A stretch of DNA of 64,000 nucleotides, from contig OZ024749.1 in NCBI GenBank assembly GCA_964016885.1, positions 19,096,001 through 19,160,000 of the forward strand, written 5' to 3'. Below the pieces are notes generated by a model. The model made no database searches. It saw only the letters and a list, made by a program, of their open reading frames with translations, and had not been told where the DNA came from. This DNA comes from Eledone cirrhosa. Taxonomy: Eukaryota. Position 1 is the first letter of the stretch. The number at the start of each line of letters is the position of its first letter. Both the position numbers and the translations under genes were made by a program. Positions 24,385-36,591 of this stretch are shown in pieces.

Positions 24385-24598
24385 ATACACTGTATTAATT
24401 AAAAGCATTTTGAAAACCTTACGCTATTGTTTTAAAGTAGTGACAATGTCACCTACTTCAATTTTCAGCATACTGTTGGTATTCCTCAGAGCATAGCACT
24501 CCCCTTGTTTGTTGAAAATTGAAGTAAGTGACATTGTCACTACTTTAAAACAATAGCGTAAGGTCTTCAAAATGCTTTTAATTAAGCATACAGTGTAT
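24385..24598. repeat. Imperfect inverted repeat (~85-bp arms) with a hammerhead-like core at the arm/spacer
   Basis: AAAAGCATTTTGAA...TTCAATTTTCA is mirrored by TGAAAATTGAA...TTCAAAATGCTTTT. Confidence 0.8.
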
Positions 24599-24627
24599 TG
24601 CAAAATACACTATATATATATATATAT

Positions 24628-25045
24628 ATCATCATCATCATCATCATCACTGTTTTACATCCATTCTTCCATGCTAGCATGGGTTAGACAGGTTGTCCTG
24701 TTATGTGCAGTGCCACGTCAAGTGACCATGTCTTGCTCATACAGAACTGATTTTGGCTTGATTTCTACAGCTGGGTGCCCTTCCCAACACCAACCTCATT
24801 TACAGTGAGTACTGGGTGCTTTTTGTTATGACACCTACACGACAACTTAACAGTGGGAGGGGGTGGTGGCATACTGTCTATATGTTTCAGCTTCGGCTTG
24901 AACTCTTCTGTATTAATGCATAACGCCAGAGGTCTCAATCCTGTGTAATCACCTTTCAGAGGTGCAATTGGGCAAGATCAGCTTTTATCACCTCATCCCA
25001 GGTCTTCTTGGGTCTCCCCACTCCTAGGCTTCCATTGAATTTTAG
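24628..25045 (-). mobile_element. RTE LINE 3' end fragment
   Basis: GRPKKTWDEVIKADL on the minus strand, RTE 3' UTR and (GAT)n tail. Confidence 0.75.
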
Positions 25046-25599
25046 TGATATATATATATATATATATAAGTATATGTGTGTATATATGTACCTACATACA
25101 CACATATATGTATCTATATATAAATATGTGTGCATGTACATCAGTGTATGTGTATGTATGTGCATGTGTAAACATGTGTAGTTCTGTTTTTGGTGCCCTG
25201 ACAAAAAGCACCCAATCCACTCTATAAGGTGATCGCAATGGCACCACAAATAAACATCCTCCCAGTACACATTGTAAAGTGGTTGGTATTAGGAAGGGCA
25301 TTTAGCCATAGAAAGCCAAGCCAAAAATGGATTGTATTAGCAAAGCATACGTTCAGCCCTACTTTGATTTGTGGTCTTCCCCGTCTTGTCACTGCGTATA
25401 TGTATATCATCATCTTCGTCATCACTGTTTAGTGTTCATTTTTCCTTGCTTGCATGGGTTAGATGGGTCGTCCATGTTGGGAGATAAGTCTGGCCACGCT
25501 GTACCTTGTTCTGATGAGGACTGTAAATTTGGCCTGTGATTTTACAGCTGGATGCCGTTTCTAACACAAACCATATTTATTATTATTATTATTATTATT

Positions 25600-25905
25600 A
25601 GGGCAATAAAATAAAGTACCAGTAATGCACTGGGTAATTGTTGGCCTTGTGCCAAAAGTAGAAACAATTATTATTATTAGGGCAGTGGATTGACAGTATC
25701 GGTAGCGTGTTGGTCAACGTTTTATGGCATATAGTTATGGCCCTTTATGTTCTCAGTTCAAATCCTGCCAAGGTTAGCTTTGCCTTTCATCCTCACGGGA
25801 TTAATAAAATAAAGAACCATTAATGCACTTGGGATCGATTCAATCGACTTTTCCCTCCTCCAAAATTGTTCACCTTGTGCCTAAATCAGAAACCATTATT
25901 ATTAT
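25600..25905 (+). mobile_element. tRNA-derived SINE (one partial, one full copy)
   Basis: Same family as 23125-23640. Confidence 0.7.
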
Positions 25906-26084
25906 TAGCACAGATTAAAAGTTTAAGCAAACAATTTCTGCTTTCACCCTAAAGCAGGATCTTCAGATGACCCCGCTCAGAAATTGTTTGCTTATACTTT
26001 TAATCTGTGCTAATAATAAATACTTGCTCTACAGGTTTATATATATATATAAAAAGTAGTTCCACAACAGTTAATTCACCATTT

Positions 26085-26125
26085 CCGAGAACAATTGTTT
26101 CACCTTAATCAGATCATCAGCTTGG
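26085..26125 (-). ncRNA. Minimal hammerhead-like motif (Penelope pseudo-LTR remnant)
   Basis: Minus strand CCAAG CTGATGA TCTGATTAAGGT GAAA CAATTG TT CTCGG; palindromic stem III ACAATTGT. Confidence 0.55.
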
Positions 26126-26579
26126 TTTAAACCGTCCCTCTATATATCCATCTGTCTATATATCTATATATCCATCTGTCTGTATATCTATATATACATC
26201 CGTCTATATATCTGTATATCCAACTGTCTGTATATCTGTATATCCAACTGTCTGTATATCTATATATATATATACAACTGTTTGTCTATCTATATATCCA
26301 TCTACCAGTCTGTATATATATCCGTCTGTCTATATATCTATCTGTCTGTTTATATATCTATCTATTTATCCATTCATTTGTATTTGTCCCCTTCTTTTGT
26401 GCCCCTGTGGCTAATAAAGAAATATATCTATTTATCCATTCATCTGTCTATCTATATATCTATTTGTCTGTCTATCTATATATACATCCATCTGTCTGTC
26501 TATCTATATATCCATCTGTCTGTCTATATATCTATCTGTCTATCTATTTATTCATTTGTTTGTCTATCTATATATCTAT

Positions 26580-27340
26580 TTTCCTGGCCTGGCAGTGCTA
26601 CTGAGGAGCTCTACCCATTCGAGACAAGCTCTACAGACACGGGCACCCGGGCAGGGATCCCTCAAAAAAGATCTGTCCGAGATGCGTGCGGGACGAGGAA
26701 ACCATCGCGCATGCATTCGTACACTGCCCGGGCGTTACCAACCTGTGGAGCTACGCAGAACGACTACTGTCGTGGGTGGGACAAATCCGGTTGACCACCG
26801 AGTCCATTATTGCGATCAAACCGCCACCTTCCTTCAAAAACGAAGGAGAGGTGGTTTTCCTCTGTGTAATGGCTATGGTGGACAAGACTGAAAGGGCTGA
26901 GGTCAGACACCTTTCTCTCCGGCGAACAACTGGCTCGCTTCTTCAAATATCATTTTAGAAGAAGAATCAGAGTGGAGAGAGAGGCGCTGCACCCCAGCAA
27001 ATTTTATGAAAGGTGGGTGAATTTTACGAAAGGTGGTAAGGATGGCCCGAGTGGTTGGGCCTTCTTTTTATATAATCCTGTAGGTTGAGCAAAAAGAGGA
27101 AGAGGGGAAGGGAGTGCTCACTCTTCATGCTCCTGGAGATGAGAGTTGTACATGTTTTTGGGGTGTGTACAACCCATGTGTAACGGACCCCTCCCCCCCA
27201 TTGGGGATTTTGATTGTTAAATTTAATATTATTGTTATTAATTCTTTTTTCTTTACACGCCTCTATGTATACTCCCCACTATATGTATGCTTTTGTATTT
27301 GTCCCCATCTTTTTGCGCCCTTGTGGCAAATAAAGAAATT
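26580..27340 (+). mobile_element. Degenerate 3' fragment of the L1/Tx1-type LINE seen at 9734
   Basis: Homologous to 9910-10680 ([22 protein letters not shown]); another 3' tip lies at ~26378-26422. Confidence 0.8.
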
Positions 27341-27527
27341 TTTCTATCTATCCATCTGTCTGTCTATATATCTATCTATTTATCCATTCGTCTGTCTATC
27401 TCTATATCTATCTGTCTGTCTATCTATCTATACATCCATCTGTCTGTCTATTTATATATCTATATATCCAGCCAACCATCCAGCTAACCATCAATCTGAC
27501 CATTTCTCACTCTCCTCTATTTTACAG

Positions 27528-27783
27528 ATTCTAGAGAGAGGAGCTAACATCAACGACCGCGATGGTTTGACGGACATGACACTTCTCCACTATGCTAGTA
27601 AAGCTGGTGCCAGTGGTGTTGGGGATGCTGAAATGGCCAGCCGTGTGGTCACTATGTTGCTGAAAAAAGGGGCTGACCCTTTTATTCGGTGTCGATGGAC
27701 CAACATGACTGCTCTCCATTATGCCGCCTACTTCGACATCGCACCTGTAATCAAGATACTTCTAAAAACAACAAAGGCAGTTG
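27528..27783 (+). CDS. CLIP3/CLIP4: CAP-Gly domain-containing linker protein 3/4-like, internal exon (ankyrin repeats)
   Basis: tttacag|ILERGANINDRDGLTDMTLLHYASKAGA...RCRWTNMTALHYAAYFD...KAV|gtgagt; phase 0-1. Confidence 0.92.
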
Positions 27784-29459
27784 GTGAGTTTTGGAGTTTA
27801 TCAGGTGTGTTAGTTATACACACACACACATACACATATAGACAAACACACATAGACATACACTCACATACACTTACGTAGACACACACACACACATAGA
27901 CATATTCACACATAGACAAACACAGATAGACATACACTCACATAGACAGACATACAAATATAAACAGACACGTACATATACAGATATAAACGCACACGCA
28001 TATAGATATAAACACATACACACACTCACCACACACATACAGATATAAACACAGGCACACATACATAGAAACACATACGCAGACAGATATAAATGCATAC
28101 TCATACATATATAGACACACACTCATTTAGACACATACACACATAGATATAAACACACATAAACATACAGATATAAACACATGCAGACACACACATGCAC
28201 ACAAACACATACATAGACACACCCACACACATACAGCTATAAACACATACTCAGACAGATATAAACGCGCACATACATATTCATATGGATATAGACATAC
28301 ACATATATACATACACATACAATCACACACATATTCATGTACAAACACATATGCAGACAGATATATATATATACATGTATGTATATCTATATATATATGT
28401 ATATATATCTATATATATGTGTATATATATATATGTATATCTATCTATGTATATATCTATCTATATATCTATGTGTATATATATATATGTATATCTATCT
28501 ATGTATATATCTATCTATATATCTATATGTATATATATATCTATATATCTATATGTATATATATATCTATATATGTATCTATATGTATATATATCTATAT
28601 GTGTCATCATTCATCATTTCATTTTACGTCTGCTTTTTCCCTACTTGCAAGGGTGGGACGGGAACTGATTCTGGCTTGATTTCTACAGCTGGATGCCCTT
28701 CCTAACACCAACCTCATTTACAGTGAGTGCTGGGTGCTTTTTTGCCGTGGCACCTGCACGACCACTTTGCAGTGGAATGATATGGACCCCAGTCCCTATC
28801 ATCACATTTCTACAGCTGAGTAAACTGGAGCAATGTGAAATAAAGTTGTGTCAGGTCACCAGTTGGTGCTACTGGTAACATGTAGCCCAGTACAACCTGT
28901 CTCATGGTCGGGTCGTTGGCGACTAAACTGGCAACCCCACCAAGGTTTCTTGGTGAGGAGGGTGACTTTGGACATCCTGCAGGACTAAAAACAAAACCTG
29001 TCAAAGGGCAAAGGAGCTCTTAAGAGTCAATGGCCATTCAAAATCACCGGGAGAGATGACCCCTTAGCCTTTGTCAAGGCAGAATTCTAGGAGAAGGAAA
29101 ACTCTGATATAACACCTGCAACCCTGATGGTATCCAATGATGTTGACTTGTTCTTCTTTTTGGTAAATATCATCTTGGTTAAGAGAGTGGGACTGGCTTT
29201 GTGCAGTGCCTTTGCTCACTATAAAAGCTTCACGGCACAGGCATTGCTTTATATCTGGAGATCTCTCTGCACTTGTCGTCACATGGTACCATGGGCCCAG
29301 CACTATGTGTCAATAATTGTCACAGGTGTAGTGTTTGTACCAGAGTTTTCAAGTCACTGGCTGGACTAAAAAGTCACACTTGTTCAGGGCATCGGTAGGG
29401 GTTCTCCTACATGGATATAAAGTAGTGGCCGTACTCGAAAACGAGTTGGCAGCCACCAT

Positions 29460-30078
29460 ATATCTATGTATATATATCTATATATATGTATATACATCTA
29501 TATATATGTATATACATCTATATATATGTATATATATATATGTATATATATCTATCTATATATATGTATATTTATATCTATATGTATATATATATATATA
29601 TGTATATATATATCTATATATATATATATCTATATATATATGTATATATATATCTATATATATATGTATATATATATCTATATATATATGTATATATATA
29701 TCTATATATATGTATATATATATCTATATATATATATATATATATCTATATATATATCTATATATATATGTATATATATATCTATATATATATGTATATA
29801 TATATCTATATATATATGTATATATATATCTATATATATGTATGTATATCTATATATGTATATATATATATGTATATATATGTATGTATATCTATATATG
29901 TATATATATATGTATATATATGTATGTATATCTATATATATATATATGTATATATATATGTATATATATGTATATATATATGTATATATATGTATGTATA
30001 TCTATATATATATGTATATATATATGTATATATATGTATATATATGTATGTATATCTATATATATATATATGTATATA

Positions 30079-30111
<33 letters not shown>

Positions 30112-30112
30112 G
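29460..30112. repeat. (TA)n-rich microsatellite
   Basis: Simple repeat. Confidence 0.9.
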
Positions 30113-30479
30113 TAATAGTACTTAGTATAATCGAAGTTGCAGCTGCAAGTAGCAGATTAGCACCTGATCTTCGAAGATTGTCACTAAGTACTCAATGAGA
30201 GAGTAATTAATAACTTTCTCCTCAGAATGAACACAAGAAGTTAGGTAATAGTGACACCATGAATAATGTGACCAGAAGCATGTTGCCACATCAATATTAC
30301 ATCTTTCTCTCTCACTCCTTCACTCTCTCTCTCTATCTATCTTGAGATATATATATAAATAGTAAAAAAGGAAAAAAAAACAGTGTCACTGTTAATAATG
30401 GTAAAAGGAGCTGTCCATGAGATTACAGGGTTGAGTGACCTTAGAGTTGACTGAGGAAGTAATTGTTTCTAAAAATATC

Positions 30480-30870
30480 TATCTTGGTATTTCTGTCTGT
30501 AATGCTCGCATTCTTAAATTGACCTGCAGTGTGGGTGTTTCTAAGAGATCTTCAGTCGTCCAGGGTGCTAATTTTAAAGTGTGCCAGTTGCAGTTTCGTC
30601 CAAAGTAGATGCATTTAGAAGGGGTCCGTATTTAGCGATAAAGTGTGATTCCTTGCTAATGTGCTGGATGTAGGAAGCGTTGTCTTTAAATTTGTAGAGG
30701 GGAAAAATTCTGAAGTTGGGTTGTTCATTAGAGGTGGAGGTCACAATGTGTTCACTCAGTGCTATTTTTCTGTATTCCCGTATTTTAATTTGGGATCTAT
30801 GAACGGTCATATGTTGACAAAGACTGTTTTTAGTCTGTCCTATGTAGTGCTCTCGACAGCCTGTAGCCAC
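30480..30870 (-). mobile_element. Inverted 3' end of a Penelope-like element (GIY-YIG C-terminus + pseudo-LTR)
   Basis: Minus ORF GCREHYIGQTKNSL...HRSQI...KESHFIAKYGPLLN; homologous to 32760-32850 on +. Confidence 0.8.
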
Positions 30871-32855
30871 TAAAGAACTAACAACAGACCAAATTAACAT
30901 ACTCTCCAAAGGGCTGGAACTTACACCGACCGCCCAACATCCAAGCGAAACGAAGGAAGAAATTGCAGAATTCTGTAGAAAAATAAGACTTAGCAGGGGA
31001 CTACTCTACCAGTACACTGAGAACAAATCAATAGCTAGAAACGGAAGCAATGACACCACATTGAAAGGTAAGAATAAATTCCTCGACCAATTCTGTGAAC
31101 ACATTACAAATTACCCATATCAACACCTACACAGACAAAAACACAGGCCCAACTTCAGCAAGAAAGAATGGGATGAGCTGAACAGATTAAAGAATGATAA
31201 AACTATAACAATCAAAGAGGCAGATAAAGGGAGTGCGATAGTCCTAATGGAGACAGAATATTATACAACCCTAGTGCTCTCCACTTTAGAAGATGGAGCA
31301 TACTATGAAAAGGCTCAACACTACAGTCAACAGAAAATAATGAAAAACCTAAAAACTCAGATAACCCTTTACAGAGAAGGACTTACCGACAAGGAATACA
31401 ATTATATCAATGACTTCAAAAGCAAACCCAGCTTTTTCTTCGCTATCCTTAAGATACACAAAAGCGAAAAAATAAGTAAGGCATGCAAGGAAGCCACAGA
31501 TATATTCATCGATGTCCCCTTACCCAATGACCTCAAATTAAGGCCTATAATAGCAGGCCCCGCTTGCGAAACCCTGAAACACATTAAAGGATGACCTTGA
31601 TATGCTCAACCACCTCCCCAAAACACTTAATAATGAACATACTCTACTAGTGTCTTTTGATGTAGCCAACCTATATTCCAATATCCCACACAACCTAGGA
31701 AGAGAGGCAATCCAGTTCTAGTTAGAAAATTACCCCCAATGAACTCCCACACCGCATCATAAAAAGAATTTGTAATAGAAGGGCTCAAATTTATCTTTGG
31801 GAATAACTACTTCGAATTCGATGCCACATTCTACAGACAGAAATCTGGGACTGCCATGGGCACGAAAATGGCCTCCTCTTATACCAACCTTGTTATGGGA
31901 TACCTGGAAATCACCCTCTACCGAAAAGTACTAGATAAATATGGAAACTCCTACCTCCACATAGAAAATAACTGGATGATTGTTTCATCTTCTGGCATGA
32001 AAGACTTATTGAATTTAAAGCACTTCTAAATGGACTTAGCACAAACATTCAATTTACAATGGAATACAGCCACGGGCAACTTCCTTTCTTCAACATCCTT
32101 ATAAAGAAAACTAACAAGAAAATAGAAACAGACATAAGCCCACAGACTCCAAACAGTATCTTCCATTCAACCCATGCCACCCGAGAGACACCAAAATGAA
32201 CATCCCTTACAACATAGCCAAAAGAATCTGTACAATAGTATCTGATAGAAACACCTGTTACATACGACTAGAAGAATTAAAGGACTCGCTCATTGGCAGG
32301 AATTATCCACCATCCCTAATTAACAATGGATTCCAATGTGCCCTAAAACTCAGTATCCAGGAACTTAGATACCCCAAACTAAAGAATGAATTGAAACTAA
32401 AAGCTCTACCATACTTCTCCACACACAAGCTCCTTGACACTGGGGCTTTCGACACCATCCTCCAGAATATACCTTTACTAAAAAGAGACTTAAGAATGAA
32501 TCAAATCCTTCAAACACAAACACAACATTATAAAGAGCAAAAGACAACCCAGATCAATGAAAAACATCCTTACACAGGCCAAAGTCCAGTCGACTTTAAC
32601 AATGAAACCTACAGTAAAAAAATGTAGAAGACCCAACTGTGGTATATGTGTCAACCTAATAGAGGTATCGGAGTTCCACTTCAAACAAGGGTAACACTTT
32701 ACAGTGAAATACAATTTCACATGCGCATCAGAAAACCTGATATGTGTGTTGACTTGCTCAGGTTGACGAGAGTACTACATAGGACAGACTAAAAATGTAT
32801 GACTGTTCATAGATCCCAAATTAAAATACTGGAATGCAGAAAAATAGCACTTCCT
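30871..32855 (+). mobile_element. Degenerate Penelope-like element (RT + GIY-YIG)
   Basis: LSKGL, IKEADKGSAIV, KIHK, LRPII, SFDVANLYSNIPH, GTAMGTKMA, CRRPNCGIC, YIGQT; many frameshifts. Confidence 0.88.
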
Positions 32856-33013
32856 TTTTTTTTTTATATATATCAACTCGTGTGTCTCTTCTCTACATTC
32901 CATATATATACATATATATATGTGTGAGTGTGTATGTATATATACACACACACTCACACATACACACAGTTTTACACACTTAACTGTATTTCTCTTTATA
33001 TATATATTTTCAG

Positions 33014-33157
33014 ATATTGACCACACCTGTTCAGAGTTTGACCATGGCTCAGCGCTGCACATTGCTGCAAGTAACGTTGCATGTAATGCTGTTAAAGTGC
33101 TGCAACAGAACGGTGCAAATGCATGCATGAAGGATGACTTGGGACGACAGCCAATAG
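33014..33157 (+). CDS. CLIP3/CLIP4: CLIP3/4-like exon (ankyrin repeat)
   Basis: ttttcag|(D)IDHTCSEFDHGSALHIAASN...LLQQNGANA...GRQPI|gtgtgt; 144 nt, phase 1-1. Confidence 0.9.
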
Positions 33158-33179
33158 GTGTGTACACACACATATATAT

Positions 33180-33960
33180 ATCATCATCATCATCATCATC
33201 ATCATTTTACGTCTGCTTTTCCCTGCTTGCAAGGGTGGGACAGGAACTGATTCTGGTTTGATTTCTACAGCTGGATGCCCTTCCTAACACCAACCTCATT
33301 TACAGTGAGTGCTGGGTGCTTTTTTGCCGTGGCACCTCCACGACCACTTTACAGTGGGGTCCCTATCATCTCATTTCTACAGTTGAGTAAACTGGAGCAA
33401 TGTGAAATAAAGTGTCTTGCTCAAGGAAACAACACATCACCCGGTCTGAGAATTGAACTCACAACCTTTCGATTGCAAGGCCAATGCTCTAACCGCTAAG
33501 CCATATGCCTCCTATATATATATAATCATTGTTAGGTTGTGAGTTCGATTCCTGGACCGGGTGATGGATTGTTACTGAGCAAGACACTTTATTTCACGTT
33601 GCTCCAGTTTACTCAGCTGGAAAACATGAGTTGCAACGTCACTGGTACCGAGCTGTATTGGCCTTTGCCTTTCCCTTGGACAACATCAGTGGTGGGGAGA
33701 TTGAAGGGGAGACTGGTATGCATGGGTGACTGCTGGTCTTCCACAAACATTATTTCATGCGGTGGATTGGCAGTATCGGTAGAGGGTCGGACGCCATGCT
33801 TTGACGCATAGAGTTACGGTCCTTGCCATTCTGACTTCAAATCCAGCCGAGGTTAACTTTGCCTTTCATCCTTACGGCGTCGATAAAATAAAGTACCAGT
33901 AATGCACTGGGTAATTGCTGGCCTTGTGCCAAAGGTAGAAGCAATTATTTCATGTTGCTT
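33180..33960. mobile_element. Cluster of SINEs and RTE-tail fragments on both strands
   Basis: Minus-strand tRNA-headed SINE ~33180-33512; plus-strand SINE with GAGTTCGATTCC B-box ~33535-33745; third family ~33760-33950. Confidence 0.7.
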
Positions 33961-34981
33961 CAGTTCACTCAACTGGAAAAAATGAGTTATGATGCCACTG
34001 GTGCCAAGCTGTATCAGCCTTTGCCTTTCTCTTGGACTACAGCATATATAATGTATATATAGTGTGTATATAGAATATATATAGTGTATATATGAGTTGT
34101 GACATCACTGGTGCCAAGCTATTCAACCAATCGTGCTAGATGGAAGTGAAACATGGATGCTTTCATCCAAATAACAAAAGCGCTTTGATGGCATTTACAC
34201 TCGCCTGCTTGAACGTATTCAGAACATAAGTTGGCGACATTTGACTTTGAAAGAGATATATGCTGGCCTCCCACATATATGTCATTGTGTGTAAAAAGAG
34301 AGTAAGATTTGCTGGTCACTGCCATCATGCCACCTATGAGGCTGTGTCCCCATTAGTGCTTAGGAAACCATAAGCAGTCACTAATAACAAGGGACGCAAG
34401 CTTTCCTATCCTAATGTCATCTCCAGAGATTCTGGTATTGAAATCCAGGATTTGGCAGTGGCAAACCCACGTGGAGATCAATTGTTGAGTCGGTTTTGGC
34501 TGAGGATGATGATGATGATATTAGCCATTGCCTTTCCCTTGGACAACATCGGTGGTGTGGCATGGAGTGGGGAGACTAGTATGTATGAGCGTGAGCGACT
34601 GCTGATCTTCCACAAACAACCTTGCCCAGACTTGTGTCTCAGATGGGAACTTTCTAGGTGCAAAACCCATGGTCATCTGTGACCGAAGAAGGTCTTTATA
34701 ATCATCATTGTATTTAATATGTGTGTGTGTGCGTGTATGTGTGTGAATTTGTGTGCATGATGCATGTATCTGTGTATATCATGACTCATACACTGTTCAC
34801 TTTCCTAACATTTGTACATCATTTTTTGTACCATACATCACCTTTGATGAGTTGTAGTGCACCTGAGCACTGTACACAATAATTTTCATTATTATTCATT
34901 ATTATACATACAAACACACGTATACTGCTGTGTTGTTTATTGTTGTCTTTGACTATATACACTCCATCCATTGTTGCCTAG

Positions 34982-35181
34982 ATTGTGTTCCTGACCCCAA
35001 GAACTTTCCAGAAGACTCTGAAATGGGTAAATTAGCCGTCAAAATTCGCAAGATGATGCCAGAGGCTGGACCTGTCAGCCCAAACACTTGTTCGCCGATA
35101 TTTGATCCAACTCAAAGCCGAGTGACGCTTCAGGCTATGGGCTTGAGATTGGGTGATAAAGTGGTGATCAATGGTACTAAG
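34982..35181 (+). CDS. CLIP3/CLIP4: CLIP3/4-like exon (linker and start of CAP-Gly)
   Basis: cctag|(D)CVPDP...VTLQAMGLRLGDKVVINGTK|gtgggt; 200 nt, phase 1-0. Confidence 0.9.
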
Positions 35182-35237
35182 GTGGGTTTATCATGAGGGC
35201 TACAACACCACTCTCACATTCCTAACTACACCATTAA

Positions 35238-35458
35238 CCCTTTAGCATTTACATTACTCTATATTTACTATTGTATTTTCATGGTAAAGGCTTTACCTCA
35301 CATGATTGTCTTACATAATATCGAATCTATGAGATTTTGATATTATTTATTTTGAGAACAATACCTTAACATCAGTATGAGCGACTGGATACTGCCAGTT
35401 TGAACAGAAAGAGGTGAGAAAATTCTGGCCAGATACGACCGGTTTAAATGCTAAAGAG
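35238..35458. mobile_element. piggyBac-type MITE
   Basis: TTAA|CCCTTTAGCATTTA ... TAAATGCTAAAGAG|TTAA: terminal inverted repeats with TTAA target duplication. Confidence 0.8.
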
Positions 35459-35896
35459 TTAAGTCTTTTTATTTACAGTTGCTGTTGTTATTGTGGTTGA
35501 GTTTCTTTACTTACATACCTACACTCATACACACACATTCACTCACACTGAAACACACACTTAACACACGCATGCACACATTCATAAACATAAGGCTACA
35601 TTCAGATACTCTCTCACACACACACACGTATGTACAGATACACATGTGCACATTCACACACATACAGATACACACTGAAACTCACACATGGCTACACTCA
35701 GATATACAGACACACACACGCATATAAAGATACACACTCACACACAAACATGCACGCATTTATAAACACACATGGCTACAGTCAGACACACACACTCATA
35801 CACACACACGCAGTAAAGAATACACATACTTCAATACAAAACAATTCCCTAACTTAGGCAGACATAGGTGCATACATACACATTTTCTGGCTATGT

Positions 35897-35973
<77 letters not shown>

Positions 35974-36165
35974 ATGTGAATGTGTGTATGTGCCTCTTTC
36001 TGAGTTTGTGTGTGTACTTGTATGTGTGTGTTGTGGCGTTCCAAGTTGCGTTTTAGTATATTTAGGGCTATATTGTGTGTGTGTGTTTGTGTGCTTGCAT
36101 GTTTGGGCGAGTGTGTTTACATGTTTGTGTGAATGTGTATGTCTAGATAGACCTATGATTTAAGG

Positions 36166-36333
36166 TGGTGGCTCCCAAAGTGGGTTCCACAAAGGAGTGT
36201 CTAGGGTTCTGTGAAAAAAGGTAGAGGAGTATATTTATTATTACAATCATATAAGAGTATTAGACTTCGGGATTCCACCAAAAGTTTCTGAACAAAAAAG
36301 GGTTCTGCATTTGAAAAAGTTTAGGAAACTCTG
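36166..36333. mobile_element. hAT (Charlie-like) MITE
   Basis: 8-bp direct repeat ATTTAAGG at 36158-36165 and 36334-36341; degenerate TIRs TGGTGGCTCCCAAA / TTTAGGAAACTCTG. Confidence 0.7.
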
Positions 36334-36450
36334 ATTTAAGGTGTTCCAACTTTGGCCATCTTGTCTTTTAGTATATTTAGGGCTATATTTATCCTCTATA
36401 TCCTTGTTATAACCATTATTATTATTATTATTATTTATTTATTACCACAG

Positions 36451-36586
36451 ACTGGTACTCTTCGGTACTGTGGCCCCACAGAATTTGCTGCTGGGATTTG
36501 GGCCGGAATTGAACTCGATGAAGGTATTGGTAAAAACGACGGCAGCGTTGGTGGCATCATGTATTTCCGCTGTGCTCCTAACCATG
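36451..36586 (+). CDS. CLIP3/CLIP4: CLIP3/4-like exon (CAP-Gly core)
   Basis: ccacag|TGTLRYCGPTEFAAGIWAGIELDEGIGKNDGSVGGIMYFRCAPNH|gtatgt; GKNDG motif; phase 0-1. Confidence 0.95.
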
Positions 36587-36591
36587 GTATG

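Noticed and set aside
28860-29130. Possible RTE 5' UTR with an HDV-like ribozyme
   Set aside because: I could not assemble the nested double pseudoknot by eye and no ORF follows
30113-30300. Hammerhead-like CTGAGGA on the minus strand with a short inverted repeat
   Set aside because: No GAAA box or stem III at the expected position
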